Of a stretch of 64,000 nt of DNA, positions 1 through 13,672 are shown in pieces. The stretch lies in the NCBI RefSeq assembly GCF_009914755.1, contig NC_060926.1. The stretch is one strand, 5' to 3'. The position numbers were made by a program, and so were the translations under genes. A model generated the notes under the pieces. It did no database searches, was not told the origin of the DNA, and worked only from the letters and a program-made list of their open reading frames with translations. This stretch comes from the human T2T-CHM13v2.0 reference genome, Homo sapiens. Position 1 is the first letter of the stretch, and the number at the start of each line of letters is the position of its first letter.

Positions 1-864
1 ACTGATGTATTACCTTGAGTTCAAGATGTAATAGGACCAAGGCCCAGCCAGCACTGAGGCACAGGACATGAGAGTGCATTTCAGGTCTGTGAGGCTGCAG
101 ACAAAGCAGTGCATCCTATTGCAGAGCTGGCTCACCCTGAGGTGTGACTGTGTGAAAACTAAAAGCCATGAGCCAATCATTGTAGGTCAGGCCATGGAGG
201 GTGTTATGTCCACTAAGCTGAACCTATGGAGCGTCATGGTGCCCTGAATACTGCTGTGAAAGCATCCTGCGCCACCAGCACCTGGGATCACTGCCAGAGA
301 AGAGGCCTCTGCCGCCATGCTCTTTGGCAGCAGTTCCAGTGTGGAGCTTTGCCTCCCATTCCCCCTACCTCCCACTGGCATCATCCCTCTATTGCCCATG
401 CCTACTAGATGACTTACTTCGGAACCTCCTCTAGTCCCGCCATCCTGTGCTGGGGCTGAGTGATGGAATTAGAAGTGCTTTAATGAGAAGAGACCTGGAT
501 GCAACTCTGGTTCTGAAGAATTCCAGCACTGGGGCAAGATGGTGCGCTTGTACCTAAGGATGCTGGAGAAACAGGGAACTGGACTCTGCCTGCTTCTGTG
601 CCTTGGGCTCAGCCTTCCCCAGGCACCGTCTACTCAGCCATCAGTACCCCTCTGTTGTGAGGAGTGTCTGAGATCGGCCTGCACTGGACATTTGCAAGCA
701 TCTGGATCCCTGGACTGCTAATAGAAAGAGGTTGGTCTTTTGAAGAAGGTTCAATTTGACTTCTGGACTCATGGCTATTTTCAGAAAGTGTGTTTTCTGG
801 AACTTCATTCTAGGGATTAAAGGAGACAAATTACCTCAGTTTTAAAACCTGCTTAATTAATGTG

Positions 865-1322
865 CTCTAAATCTGGAAATGATTCAAATGTTTGTCAGTT
901 GGTGATTGGAAAAACAAACCGTGGGAAAACCATACAATGAAATACTTACCAATATAAAGGAATGAACTATTTTTATTATATGTAATAGCATGAATAAATC
1001 TCAAAATAATGCTGAGTGAAGAAGTCAGATGAAAAAGGGGCCATACTGCATGATTCCAATCATATAAAAATTTAGAAAATACAGCCCATAGTGACAGAAA
1101 GCATGTGAGTGGTTGTCTGAGGTTGAGGGTATGGGTCAGGGAGAGGTGAAAGGGAAGGATCAAAAAGGGTCGTCAGAAAACCTTTGGGGTGACTGATATG
1201 TGCATTTTTGATTGTGGTGATGGTTTCATTGGTATGTACATATGTAAAATCATCAAATTGTACGTGTTGAACATATGTAATCTATTGTACATCAATAACA
1301 TGTCAATAAACCTGCAAAAAAG
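865..1322 (+). mobile_element. Ancient L1 (L1MB/MC/ME-type) 3' end fragment
   Basis: Typical L1M 3'UTR motifs: catacaatgaaatac, atgaataaatctcaaaataatgctgagtgaagaagtcaga, tgcatgattcca, tgtggtgatggtttca, ending in aataaa plus an A-rich tail. Confidence 0.8.
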
Positions 1323-2239
1323 ATAATATATACAAGATACTTAGCAGTGTGCCTGGCATGCAGTCTGTGCTTGATAAATAGGAGTTATGTTGCTGTTTTC
1401 ACACTCGGCTTCACTGTCACCTACTTTAGTGAGAACAGGAGCTAAAGACATGGAGACCCCGATCCTATGATGTGTCTCAAATGGACTCTGCCCAAAAGCT
1501 GAGGGAGGCTCTGTGTGCATCAGAACTAGAGCCAGTACGGAAAGAGATTCAGAAATTGGTTTAGGAACCCCTTCCAACCAAAGTGACACTTCCCAAAAAA
1601 ACATGTTATAATATCAGTGTTATAGGAGAAAAACCTTCTTGAAATATATTTCCGATAATGCCTGTAATTCTGAAAGCACATTTTGGCCTGCTTTCTCACC
1701 TTGTCCAGACTGAAGAATTGTTTCAGTTTGGTATCAATCAGCCCCTTGATTCTAAAATGCCATTGCCCAGGTATAGACAGCTCACCCCATGGCATGAGGA
1801 CTCTTCCTCGTGGATTTCTGCAACCCTGGGCTCTAGGTTTGGTTGGGTACTGCGATCAAGCTTCCCCCACAGTCTTAGTTCATCTCTGCTGTGTTCAACA
1901 AACATTCATTTCAAGGAATATCCACTCTCCTTCATAAATGTTGAAAATTTCATAATCTCCCCTGGCCATCCTGTCATTGCTCATATGTGAATTAGGTGAT
2001 TGCTTCTTTGGAGGGTTTGAGAGAGTCCAGGAAGACCACCTTGATATGACAAAATTCCCACTGCACCCCAAGTGATTCCTTTTCCAATTAAATATTAACT
2101 TAAAAAAACACAAGCATGCCTTAGGTAAAGGAGGTAAATAGTGAGTAAATAGTTTATTTCTAGAGAGGAAAAAAGGAAGAATAATAATGTTGGATCAAAG
2201 GATAAAACATCAACAAGGGGGAATTTTTCTGAAAGATAA

Positions 2240-2706
<467 letters not shown>

Positions 2707-3663
2707 TCAAAGCCCTGTATAAAAAGGGAAATTTCAGCTGCTATTTTAATTAGGTGAAAGCCAATTTGAGACTTCAATAATTTGACACTTTCTGATTTTC
2801 TTGGCCCCTGACTTCAGTCTCTTGGTTACTGGACAAACTATGTTTGGTTGGTTGGTTTGGTTTTTTGTTGTTTTGTTACTTTTCTGAGCCTCTATCTATC
2901 TGCCCTCTAATCACACAAGAGCTGTAGTATTTAATGTAGTTTCATACAGAAGTATCATAAAACTGATCAGAGAAGGTGTAGTTATAAAAACTGAAACCTG
3001 AAACAGTGAGGAGTCCTATGCCTGGGTTCATGGCGTCAGGCCAGAGAGATGGGAGTCCGCTGGCTTCTCGGCCTCTGATGGCAATGTTGCTTTTTCTTCT
3101 AGGCCAGGCGCCTGACTCAGGAACTTCACCTACAACTGCATGTCACACTTGGAATCAGTGCCTATTCAGACTCCAGGAAGTCTTAGATGAGGATGAGGGA
3201 TTGACCTGTCTCCAGGAGGGGCCATACCACATACACCTCTGTCCGCGGCTTCTGGTGATTCAGGAAGCCAGAGGTCAGGGAAGGGAGTGTATACAGGAGA
3301 AGTGGCCCCGAAGCCTGCGTTAGTCAGGTGATTGATGGCTGACCCTGGGCAAAAGGGTGAAGCCAGCAAAATGCAGCTTTTATTCTACAAACATTCATTG
3401 AGCAACTATTGTACACCAAGCGCTATAATAATCTGTGGGAAAATATTGGCAAACAGGAAACAAGAACTTACTGTTCAGTGGGAGATAGAGACTTAATTCA
3501 AATATCAGACTCTAAGCAATGGGTCTCCCTGCCATGAGGGCCCCCCTTCTCCCTGTGATCAGACTTCTGAGCGCATTTTTGTTCTTTACGGATAGCGTCC
3601 TGTTTCTCCCAAATCCTTTTTTCTCTGGCATCCCTGTTCCCGCAGTACTTTAAAATATTCAGT

Positions 3664-5453
3664 TTCTCCCTTTCCCTCCCTGGTCGACTGTTACTTGCCC
3701 ATGTCAGACTCCCTGACCCCTCCGTCACCCCTTCCTAACCTCAGTGCCACCAGATTGTCCTCCTTTTCCTGTTTTGCAGCCCAGCCCTAGTGTCAGGGCG
3801 GGGGCCTGGAGGAGCCCAAGGTGCTGCAGCAGAAGAGAGAAAAGAGAACGACAACACTCAGCTCGCCAGTCTGGTCGCTGGGTTCACTGCCACCATGGCA
3901 ATGAGACAGACGCTGCTCACCTACTTTGGCCACACGTGGCCCATGGTTGATTTGGCCTTCAGTGGCATCACGACTTATGGGTATTTCTTAACCAGCGCTT
4001 ACAAAGATGGTAAACCTATGCTACGCCAGGGAGATACAGGAGACTGGATTGGAACATTTTGGGGTCATAAAGGTGCTGTTTGGGGTGCAACACTGAATGC
4101 CACCAAAGCAGCAACAGCAGCTGCAGATTTCACAGCCAAAGTGTGGGATGCTGTCTTAGGAGATGAATTGATGACCTTGGTTCATAAATACATTGTCAAG
4201 ACTGTGTATTTCATGCAGGATAGTAATTATTTGTTAACCAAGGGACAGGATAAACTGTTACGCATGTATGACTTGAACAAACCCAAAGCAAGACCTAAGG
4301 AAATTAGTGGTCACACTTCTGGTATAAAAAAAGGCTCCTATGGTGCAGTGAGGATAAACAGATTCTTTCTGCTGATGACAAAACTGCTCGACTTTGGGAT
4401 CATGCTACTATGACAGAAGTGAAATCTCTAAATTTTAATATGTCTGTTAGTAGTACAAAATACATTCCTGAGGGAGAGATTTTGGTTATAACTTATGGAC
4501 TATCTATTGCTTTTCATAGTGCAGTAAGTTTGGACCCAATTACATCCTTTGAAGCTCCTGCAACCATCAATTCTGCATCTCTTCATCCTGAGAAAGAATT
4601 TCTTGTTGCAGGTGGTGAAGATTTTAAACTTTATAAGTATTTTAACCATGGAGAAGAATTCGAATGCTACAAGGGATACTTTGGTCCTATTCACTGTGTG
4701 AGATTTAGTCGTGATGGAGAACTCTATGCCAGTGGTTCTGAAGATGGAACATTGAGACTAGGGCAAACTGTGGTAGGAAAAACATACGGCCTTTGGAAAT
4801 GTGTGCTTCCTGAAGAAGAGAGTGGTGAGCTGGCAAAGCCAAAGATTGGCTTTCCAGAGACAACAGAAGAGGAGCTAGAAGAAATTGTTTCAGAGGATTC
4901 AGATTGCATCTATTCTTCAACTCCTGATGTTAAGGCCTGAGGGTCAATCATATGCTGCAGTTAGTATCCAACTGATGGACTAAAACGAGCAAGCAGAGAA
5001 AAGCATCAGCCTTCCAGAGTTACTCTCTGCTTAAGGCAGAAAGAGCAGTAAATAATGGGGAAAATGAATTAGCTCCAGTGCTGGAACAACTAACTTGGTG
5101 TTACCTGTAAGTGAAAACTCAAGAGTATCAGATGAAGAGAGGTAGAGTTATCCTCTTGTAGTACAGTGGCCTGTTATCTTTTTAATGAATATATACAAGC
5201 CAACATCCAATTTCTCTTATTACAGTTAGGGTTCTTGTAGCTGTTTATGTTATTATGGAGAAGAAAAATATATTGGCTTATTTTTCTGACTTTTTTCCTT
5301 AAAGCAGAATGCCTTTGTTTGTTTGCTTTAGTTGTAAAAAAGAGGGAATACATGATAAAGTAACTGGTTTGATTTCTCTTTCATTGTACACTGCTTCTGA
5401 ACATTTAATTGTTTTTAGTTGTCTAAATGAAATGCCTCTAAAACAAAAAAAAA
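3664..5453 (+). pseudogene. STRAP: Processed (retro)pseudogene of STRAP (serine/threonine kinase receptor-associated protein, UNRIP; WD40)
   Basis: Intronless copy with 5'UTR, ATG at 3895 (MAMRQT...GKPMLRQGDTGDWIGTF), frameshift at ~4333-4340, second half 4410-4940 ending ...EEELEEIVSEDSDCIYSSTPDVKA*, 3'UTR, decayed polyA signal (AATGAA 5426-5431) and A-tail 5440-5453. 5' end follows a ttt|aaaa L1-endonuclease-type site; degenerate TSD aaaatattcagtt (3652-3664) / aaaatctccattt (5450-5462). The symbol is that of the parent gene. Confidence 0.96.
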
Positions 5454-5679
5454 TCTCCATTTACTGGGGAAAAGAAATCTATTGAGTGATCACTCACAAA
5501 TCCCATGTTACTTTTTTTCAAAGACATTTGCTTTTTAAGAAGGTCACCAAGAGAACAGCACCTTATCCCAAAGAGTCATACCTCTCTGGCAGCAGAATTT
5601 CTGCCACAGGGAGAAAATGGTGAAAATATATACATTTTAAAAACAGTGACAGTATTTTAATATCCCTTTCTACGGATGT

Positions 5680-5855
5680 AATCTCACTTAATTTCATAAC
5701 AATCACCTGAAGTAGCTAATGATATCACATAGATAAGGATATAAAACTCAGAAAATTCTGGTGTTTTACACAATATCACACAGCCAAAAATAACAAAGTG
5801 AGACACGGACCAGATTCTCTGACTCCCAAGCAGGGGTCTTTCCACTGTACCACAC
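5680..5855 (-). mobile_element. MIR
   Basis: Degenerate reverse MIR core (tctcacttaatttcataacaatc...tcacacagc...tctgactcccaag...tttccactgtaccac). Confidence 0.7.
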
Positions 5856-6316
5856 ACGCTTCCCTTGGCCACCCCTTCGTTCACATCTTTGGGCCATCAG
5901 CTGGCTTGAATTAGGGTGGACGTGGACTCCAATGGAATAGCAATTTTTTATGGGACTTTCCTTACTTCAAACAGGTACCTTGGGAATTACTTTTAGTTTT
6001 CCTAGGTGATCTGCCAAAAGTATTTCTCCTTCTATTTCCCTCTGAACCTGGCTAACTTAAGCTCCCATATAAAATTTTGAGGTGTCAGAGAGGAAGGGCA
6101 TGGAGGCTTATGGAAACAGGCCGATGCCCCCAGAGTCCTTGGGCATTGTTTATGGATTGGCCTGTCCTCTCACCTTCCAGCAACAGAAGAATCAGCCTCT
6201 GTTGTTAAGAACCTCTCCATCACCCCTCTGGTGGCCTTGGCCCAGCCCTGGCCATAAAGAGGGATTTCATATCATTAGCGACTTCCCCTTCACAGCTCAT
6301 TAGCATGAAATGTCTT

Positions 6317-6530
6317 GGCAGCTGAAATGACAAAAGGGACTCCCTCCTCACCAGTGATTTCATGGGGAGAGACAGAAAATATTGCATCCTAAAAGCAGCC
6401 ATCAAGCAGCTGTATCTGCTGCGGCCATTGGGCAGCTGTATCTGCTGCTTTTGTTTGTGGCTGTGACTCAATAGCAAGTTGAGTTGCTGGAAAATGCTTG
6501 TAGTACTCATCATCTGGCAACCAGATGGCA
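6317..6530. promoter_or_regulatory. Candidate enhancer: clustered E-boxes, AP-1 site and double E-box
   Basis: Three CAGCTG, TGACTCA at 6464-6470 and CATCTGG-CAA-CCAGATG at 6511-6527 in non-repeat sequence. Motif evidence only. Confidence 0.35.
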
Positions 6531-6684
6531 AGTTGGATTTAACTCTACATGGTAGATCTAGTGGATAAACTAGTTGAGTCTGGAAACCTAACTTTGTTCA
6601 CATTACCTGAAGGCTCTGCTACGAAGGCTAAGCTGGACATGTGGGGTAAGCTGAGGCACTCCAGATGGTCCCAAGGAAGTGTGA

Positions 6685-6774
6685 TGTGTGTGCACATGTA
6701 TAGACACACATATAAATATATACACACACATACACACACACACATATACTCACACATATATACATGTACACGCA
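6685..6774. repeat. (TA/CA)n low-complexity microsatellite
   Basis: Imperfect alternating CA/TA dinucleotides. Confidence 0.8.
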
Positions 6775-6998
6775 CAGTCATCCCTGGCATACGAGGGGTA
6801 TTTGTTCCAGACACCAGTGTATACCAAAATCCCCACATGCTCAAGTCCCACAGTAGGCCCTACAGAACTGTGTATATGAAAAGTCGGCCCTCCCTATACG
6901 CAGGTTTTGCATCCCTCAATCTGCATTTGCTTGAAAAAATCCACCTATAAGTGGACCTGCCCAGCTCAAACCTGTGCATGTAGTTCAACATTTAACTG
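6775..6998 (+). mobile_element. MER8 (TcMar-Tigger non-autonomous DNA transposon)
   Basis: cagtcatccct...ataccaaaatcc...ctcaagtcccacagt...gaaaagtcggccctcc...aagtggacc...aactg followed by TA. Confidence 0.85.
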
Positions 6999-7529
6999 TA
7001 TACTTATATACATATAAAAATATATAAATGCATTTACTTTTTGCCCAATATTTGTTGTCTCCCTCTCAAAGAAAATGGAAGGTATAGTCGTGTTAGCCCC
7101 CTGAGCAAGTTGCAGTTGAGGTCAGACCATGAAGTTCAAATGTCTTTTCTAGAATAACTGAATATGGCTTCACAAATTAGAGCCAGAAAAATAGAAGTCG
7201 AGAACAATAGTCCCCAAGGCTATTTGAAATGTGCACTTCTTTGAAGAACAAAAAGAATCAGTGACACTGTTAACCAAGTCTCGCTATTGATACTGAAGAT
7301 GACACTCACAGCTCATGCTGTATGTTTGAAAATGCCAGCATTGGCCCACACTAAACTTGCAGATTTTCCTTCTGCCTTGGCCCTCTTGGTTTAACTATCA
7401 CAAATATGCAGAGTTCACTCCAGCCTCACCTCTGCTTACTTACCAAGTAGAAATTGAAGGATAGAGGTGAAGGTGGTTTGATATGGAATTTATTTCTGCC
7501 ATTTGCCCAGGACAGTGCATCAAATACTC

Positions 7530-8097
7530 CCTAGGATGGATCACAACGAGCCATGGTTCTGGTATTTCACAACCTTGTGTAATTTTCTCTCCTTGGTTAT
7601 GTGCTGAAGTTGACTTGCTTCTAACAAATATGAAAAAATGATGAGATGTTACTTCAAGATTAGATCACAGAAAGATTGTGACTTCTGTCTTCAGTGCACA
7701 TTTGGGTGCATATGGTTGCACATTTTCTTGCTCAATCTCTCTTGTTCTGTCTCTTACTCTCACTTTCTCACTCCTGCTTTCTTTGTTCTCTCTTTCTATG
7801 GGAAGTCAGCTACCATGTTGTCATTCAGCCCAGCGTAGAAGGACCTGCCAATAATTGTGTAAGTGAAATTGAAAACAGATTCCCTCCCCTTTTTCTCTCT
7901 CTCTCTGGCCTTCAGATGAGACCACAGCCCTGGCCAATAGTTTGCCTGCAACCTCAACAAAGACCTTGACCCAGGAGCACCCAATTAAACTGTGCCTAGC
8001 ATTTTGATCCATAGAAATCATGAGATAATAAATGCTTGTTGCCTGATGCCACCAAGTTTGAGAATCCTTTGTTAAGCAACAGTAAATATCTAGTGCA
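7530..8097 (+). mobile_element. MaLR LTR (MLT1F/G-like)
   Basis: gacttgcttctaac, ccttcagatgagaccacagccctggcc, gagataataaatg and a 3' terminus resembling MLT1. Confidence 0.75.
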
Positions 8098-8294
8098 GGC
8101 ATCAGTGGAAGATAAAGTGATTTCCCCAGTAACCATTGAAAGAATGAGTCAAGTAGTTACAGGACTCAGTGGCCAGTATACTCACGTTATAAATAAATCC
8201 AGGTTTTGAAGAGGTGTTTTTCTAACCTGAAGTAGTGGAATCACTACATGTAACTCCGTGCATGTGGGGACCTCATCAGACGCATCACTACCAC

Positions 8295-8461
8295 TGGTTG
8301 GAATGGTTTAAAGATGGTCCTACCCAGGGTACTATTTAAAATACAGAGGACAGGGCTCCACCCTGACTTGCTAAAATAGAATCCTTGGGGTAGGACCTGG
8401 ATCTGTATTTTGAGAAAATCACGCTAGTAGTGTTGCTGTTTAGTTCAATTTGGAAACTACT
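8295..8461. mobile_element. MER5-type hAT-Charlie relic
   Basis: aaaatacaga...gggctccaccc...agaatccttggggtaggacctgg...tttggaaactact. Confidence 0.55.
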
Positions 8462-8919
8462 AGAAAAATATAACCTCTCCAAGTCATCTTCTATATTGAA
8501 TTTTATTATTCTTTCTGTGTTAAAGGGGGTTACAAATATAGTGCAGGTAACACATTTTGGAAACTGAGTCCTAGCCATGGGCTTAGCATACTTGGGTGTT
8601 GTAAACGTGGGTGTGGTTTCAGCAACTTGCAGAACTAGGGAAATTGAGCAATACCCCAAAATTTACTTGAATTCCTGAATCTAATCAAAGTAGTAATGGA
8701 TTTTAGCATAATTCCATGAATGGTTTGTTTTCTAATAAAACAAACAACAATGTATTACTCAAACTGAGTATTTTCTGAGACATCATGATATGGGGAAGGA
8801 GACATTGGGATTAGTGTCAGAAGAACTGTGTTTAGGTGCTGGCTCCTCTGCTTGGCAGATATTTGACCTCGAACAAGTTAACTAAGTTCTACTTCTTCCA
8901 GTCTAGTTTGAATGGATTT

Positions 8920-9440
8920 GCACATATGTTTTGATATAACCATGATCATACTATTATGTAAGTTTTTAATCCTGCCTTTTTCATTTAACAGTACATTTTG
9001 AATGTTTTCTCATGTCATTAAAAGTTTTCAAAAATATAATTTTAGGGGCTCCATAATATTCCATTATGTAGGTGTATCATAAGTGGTTAAATATTTGTTA
9101 TATCCAAGTTCTTATCATTATAAAAAACATTGTGAGAAAGATCTTTGCATGCAAAATTTGTCTACATTTCTTATTACTTCCTTAGAAGGAAATCTCAGAA
9201 ATAAAATTACTGCATCTAAATGTATGAATAATTTTCCTGAGACACATTGCAAATTGCTCTTCAGAGAGGCTTAACCAACATGTACTTTTATCAGCAGAAA
9301 GAGAATTTTCATTTCAATGTCAGCATAACCTTGCCAGCATAAAGCATTATTTTTTAAACGTTGTTAATTTTATGGTTTATATATCCTTGCTAGTTTGATG
9401 GTCAAAATATGTCTTCTTGTTTTAATGTGTACTTTTTATC
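8920..9440 (-). mobile_element. L1ME-type fragment, apparently interrupting a + strand MIR (~8790-8900 and ~9485-9580)
   Basis: Reverse L1M 3' motifs (ctttttcatttaaca, tattccattatg, caaattgctcttcagagagg); MIR halves on either side. Confidence 0.6.
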
Positions 9441-10060
9441 ATGCTACTCAGATCAAGTACTTTTCCTACATTTAGTAATGAGACTCCTCGTTGGTAAAAT
9501 GAGAATAACAATCCCTACTCATAGGGATATTGGAAAAATTTATGAAATGGTGATTTTGAATACTTCTTATGAATGCAATTATATGTTATCTTCAAAGATA
9601 TAACTCTTATGATCTCAATTTAGTTGATAGCTATTTATATAAAGACAAATCACTCTCTCATGGGACTGTGGAGTTGAGGGCAAATCCCCTCCAGCTCCTT
9701 CATCCCATGCATTTCCATGTCATGTAATTAGAGTTCAGTAGCATTAAGAGTTGTAACGAAGGGAACTCAAATAAGTGACAAATGGACCCAGCAGCCTGCA
9801 TGGCTATCTCCACATTGTTACTCTCAGTAATGGTAGGTGTTGGGGGTGGGATGACTTGGTCAATATTATGTTATTTTGGGGCTCCAGTTACTTAACAGCA
9901 ACTTTCCATAGCCACTTCCTTCCTCTTTACCAGCCAGGTCCCTGAGTCATTGCTCAACCGTAGGTCCCAGCAGCAGTTAGCTCTTTTGAAGCAAGAACCA
10001 AGATATTGCCCCTTTCTGCATACCCTAGGAACTTGTCTGCCTCATGTAGAAACTGCTTGA

Positions 10061-10573
<513 letters not shown>

Positions 10574-11839
10574 CAAAATTTCCATATTAACTGAATGACT
10601 TACATATCATTGCTCAATTAACTTGATTCTCTCACTTATTTGAAAAGAAAAATTAAGAAATAAAAACAAAATTATGATAAAGGCCTGAAAACACAGGGAG
10701 AATTTTTCAACAAATTCAATGTAAAGCATTCAAGATGTTAAATAATATGTGGTTTTCAAAGGAAAAATATGGTGGATTTAAATATAATCAATGTTCAGTC
10801 TGACTGTAACTTTGCTATTACAGACCTGGAATTAAGCCTTCCTTTTTTCCAGGAACTCTGTCCTCTGTGCCTGGAGGCTGTGACGAAGTGGAAGTTGCAA
10901 GGGGAGACTGTGTTCTTTCTTATTTATAATTAAAAAATAAAAACGGGGATTTGGGAACCACTTGTACTAGTGCCTATAAACCCACAGTAAGGAATTTTGC
11001 CCTAGTAGCTTTACACAGACTATCCTTTTTTCTCCAAATTTATGGAGCAACTTTAAAGGCATTTTGTGTACATAATTATGCAGTCTGTGTTTTAATTCAT
11101 TGGGAGTTCTGGCTGAGTATGGACTGCAAAGTTAGACATTTTGGGTTCAATTTTCTTTGGTATATCTGTCCCAGATATTACTTTATTTTATTTACACAAC
11201 CTCATGATGTCTCTATAAACTTGCTTTTTTATCATCATCATTCTGAAATCTCATGCAATAAATAGTGGTTGCAGAGGGGGAAAAGAAAATAGCTTCTTAG
11301 CCTTTTTCAATAAGAGAGATGTCATTTTGTCCAGAAGGGCAGCTCATCCATTACTGCCTCCTTTCTGATGACCAGAATTATACAATGAGGCAACTGCAGC
11401 CCCCTAGAAGTGACAGTGTCTACAATGCCCAGGAAGCATTTGCCAGGGAAGCCTGCATCCATCATCCCACCTACAACTTGGGTTTATAAAATTGGAGAAG
11501 CTCTGGTCAGGTGGCCCTGGGTTTACCACAGTACAATGTTCCCCCAGCTCATGGCTGGTTTGGAATGACCATGACCACTGAAAACTGAGGGTACCCCGGA
11601 TGAATCACAATGGAGAAAAAGGCACCAAGGGATTCACCAGTTTGGAAATGGCCATTTCTAATCTTCATGTTCCATATATGGCAACACCAAATCCTTTGGA
11701 ATGGGATGAACACAGAAAAGGCCTGTATGTTCCACCTAAGCATTCTCCTTGCTGCAAGCTCTCTGGCCAGTTGTAGGGCATGCAGCATTGCTCTCTCCCA
11801 CTTTATTATTTTAAATGCTATTCATATTAAGGAATGAGA

Positions 11840-12070
11840 GTAACTAATGTTTATGGGAGCTTGTTAAATGCTGGACACTGAGGCATGTTGAGGATTAAAT
11901 GAGATGATGTCCAGTGCCTCATTGAGGTAAGTGTTGTCACAGTCTCACTTGTGAGGCTAGTAGACTGGATCTCAGAGGTCAGATAACTTTCCCAGGCACT
12001 GGCCTAGGAATGGGCTCAGCTGGAATTCAGACAGAGGCAGGCAGACCCCAAGGTCCCTGCTCCTCCCCAC
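11840..12070 (-). mobile_element. MIR containing an internal micro-inversion
   Basis: Reverse MIR, except that 11886-11914 (gaggattaaatgag) is in forward MIR orientation. Confidence 0.7.
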
Positions 12071-13218
12071 TGTGACTCCTGCAAGTGGTACAGACCCATG
12101 TTCTGGGCACAGGCATTAAATGGTCACAGGACTATGCTCAGTCTGTCTCACTTTTTATCAGAGAGTGAAGGAAAAGGTATCCAATCTATAGGGAGATGCC
12201 CTGCAGATAGCAAGGCCAGCACTTCATGTCCAGTCTTTCAGAGCTTTGTCAGACAGTCGATTTTCCCTTTCTAATGCTGTGACTGGGATGAGAAGGCAAA
12301 ACAAAAAGAATTAAAAATATAGTATTTCTTTCCCTACTTGGCCCAAAGGAAAGGTTCCGTGGGAAGTTGAAAAACAGATGGTCCAGGGCAAAAATCAACA
12401 AGTTTGACATCCAGGATTAAAAACCAGATGGCACTAAACAATCTTTAGAAGCCTCTAGAGGGGCTTCAAAGAAATTGCCCAAAACTCCATGTATGTTTCC
12501 ATGAAGGCAAGTAGACTTAGTCATACATGATCTTATGATCTGTGGCCAGGTTCTCCTCCACCCAAAATTGTTCCCTGGGATGGGATCAAGCTAAGCACTT
12601 TGGGAAAGGAATGGGACCTTTTAGGCCACCAAGAACAGAGAATCCTAACATCTTATGGCTTTAATCAATGCAGTTGTTTCACTGAGTTGACTGATCAGAT
12701 TAGGCAGCCGCCTCTAATCTTCTCAGGCAGGTCAAGGCTCATAGAGAGCCCAGCATTTGAGGAAACATAAATGTGGTTTTTAGTACGTATGCTGTTAAAG
12801 TCCCAGCACATAAACCTCCAGAAGTCACACTTCTCCGAAACCAGTCAGATGTAGAGGCATCTGAATAATGGCTCTTGTAGGGAACCCTGTTCCTGCTTCC
12901 TGTTCTTCAGCTGCTTGGAAAACATTGCTGGAACACTGGGATCCACTGAGGGAGATTCTTCCAGAAGTGTCCTGTGTCCCAGACTGTGACTTTTCTAACC
13001 AGCATGGACACAGTTGAAATCTAAGCTCCACTGCATCTGCTGCTGCCATGATAGAAACACTGGCATAGCATGTGCTAGGTACCAGGCCCTGGTCTAAACC
13101 AGTCACCTATGCTAAAGCACTTTATCATCACAGTGACCCTGGGGGGAGGGTGGTCCTTTGAGGGGACTGATTCATGGAGGTTAAGTAAGTTGGCCAAGGT
13201 CACTCAGGTGGTAAAGAG

Positions 13219-13672
13219 TGTATTAGTTTCCTGTGGCTGCCATAACAGAGTACCACAAACTAGGTGGCTTAAAACAACAGAAGTTTCTCTCTCATAGTTC
13301 CATAGCCCAGATATCCAACACTAAGGCATCAGCAGGGCTGCACTCCCTCCAAAAGCCCCAGGGAAAGGTCCTTCCTTGCCTCTTCCAGCTTTTGCTGGCA
13401 CCAGGCATTTTTGGCCTGCAGCAGCCTCACTCCAGTCTCTGCCTCCATCTTTACTTAGTCTCTTCCGGGTCTGCAACTTCTTCTGTCTCCTATAAGGAGA
13501 CACTTGTCATTGGATATAGGACCCACCCTGATAATCCAGGATGTTCTCATCTCTGAGAGCCTCAATGTAATTACATCTGCAAAGACCCTTTTGCCTAATA
13601 AGGTCACATTCACAGGTTCCAGGGATTAGGAGATACATGTATCTTTTGGGGACCACCATTCAGTTCACTACA
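13219..13672 (-). mobile_element. MLT1B/C MaLR LTR inserted into a MIR (MIR parts ~13065-13218 and ~13673-13740)
   Basis: tgtattagtttcctgtggctgccataaca...ggtggcttaaaacaacagaa...catctgcaaagaccctt...cactaca; MIR (ccaaggtcac...gctgggatttgactc) resumes on both sides. Confidence 0.85.

Noticed and set aside
3790-3894. N-terminal extension of the 207-aa ORF
   Set aside because: It begins at GTG inside retrocopied STRAP 5'UTR; the homologous start is the ATG at 3895.
3895-4940. Functional STRAP gene or two-gene unit
   Set aside because: Intronless, frameshifted, A-tailed and carrying WD-core substitutions, so a processed pseudogene is the simpler explanation.
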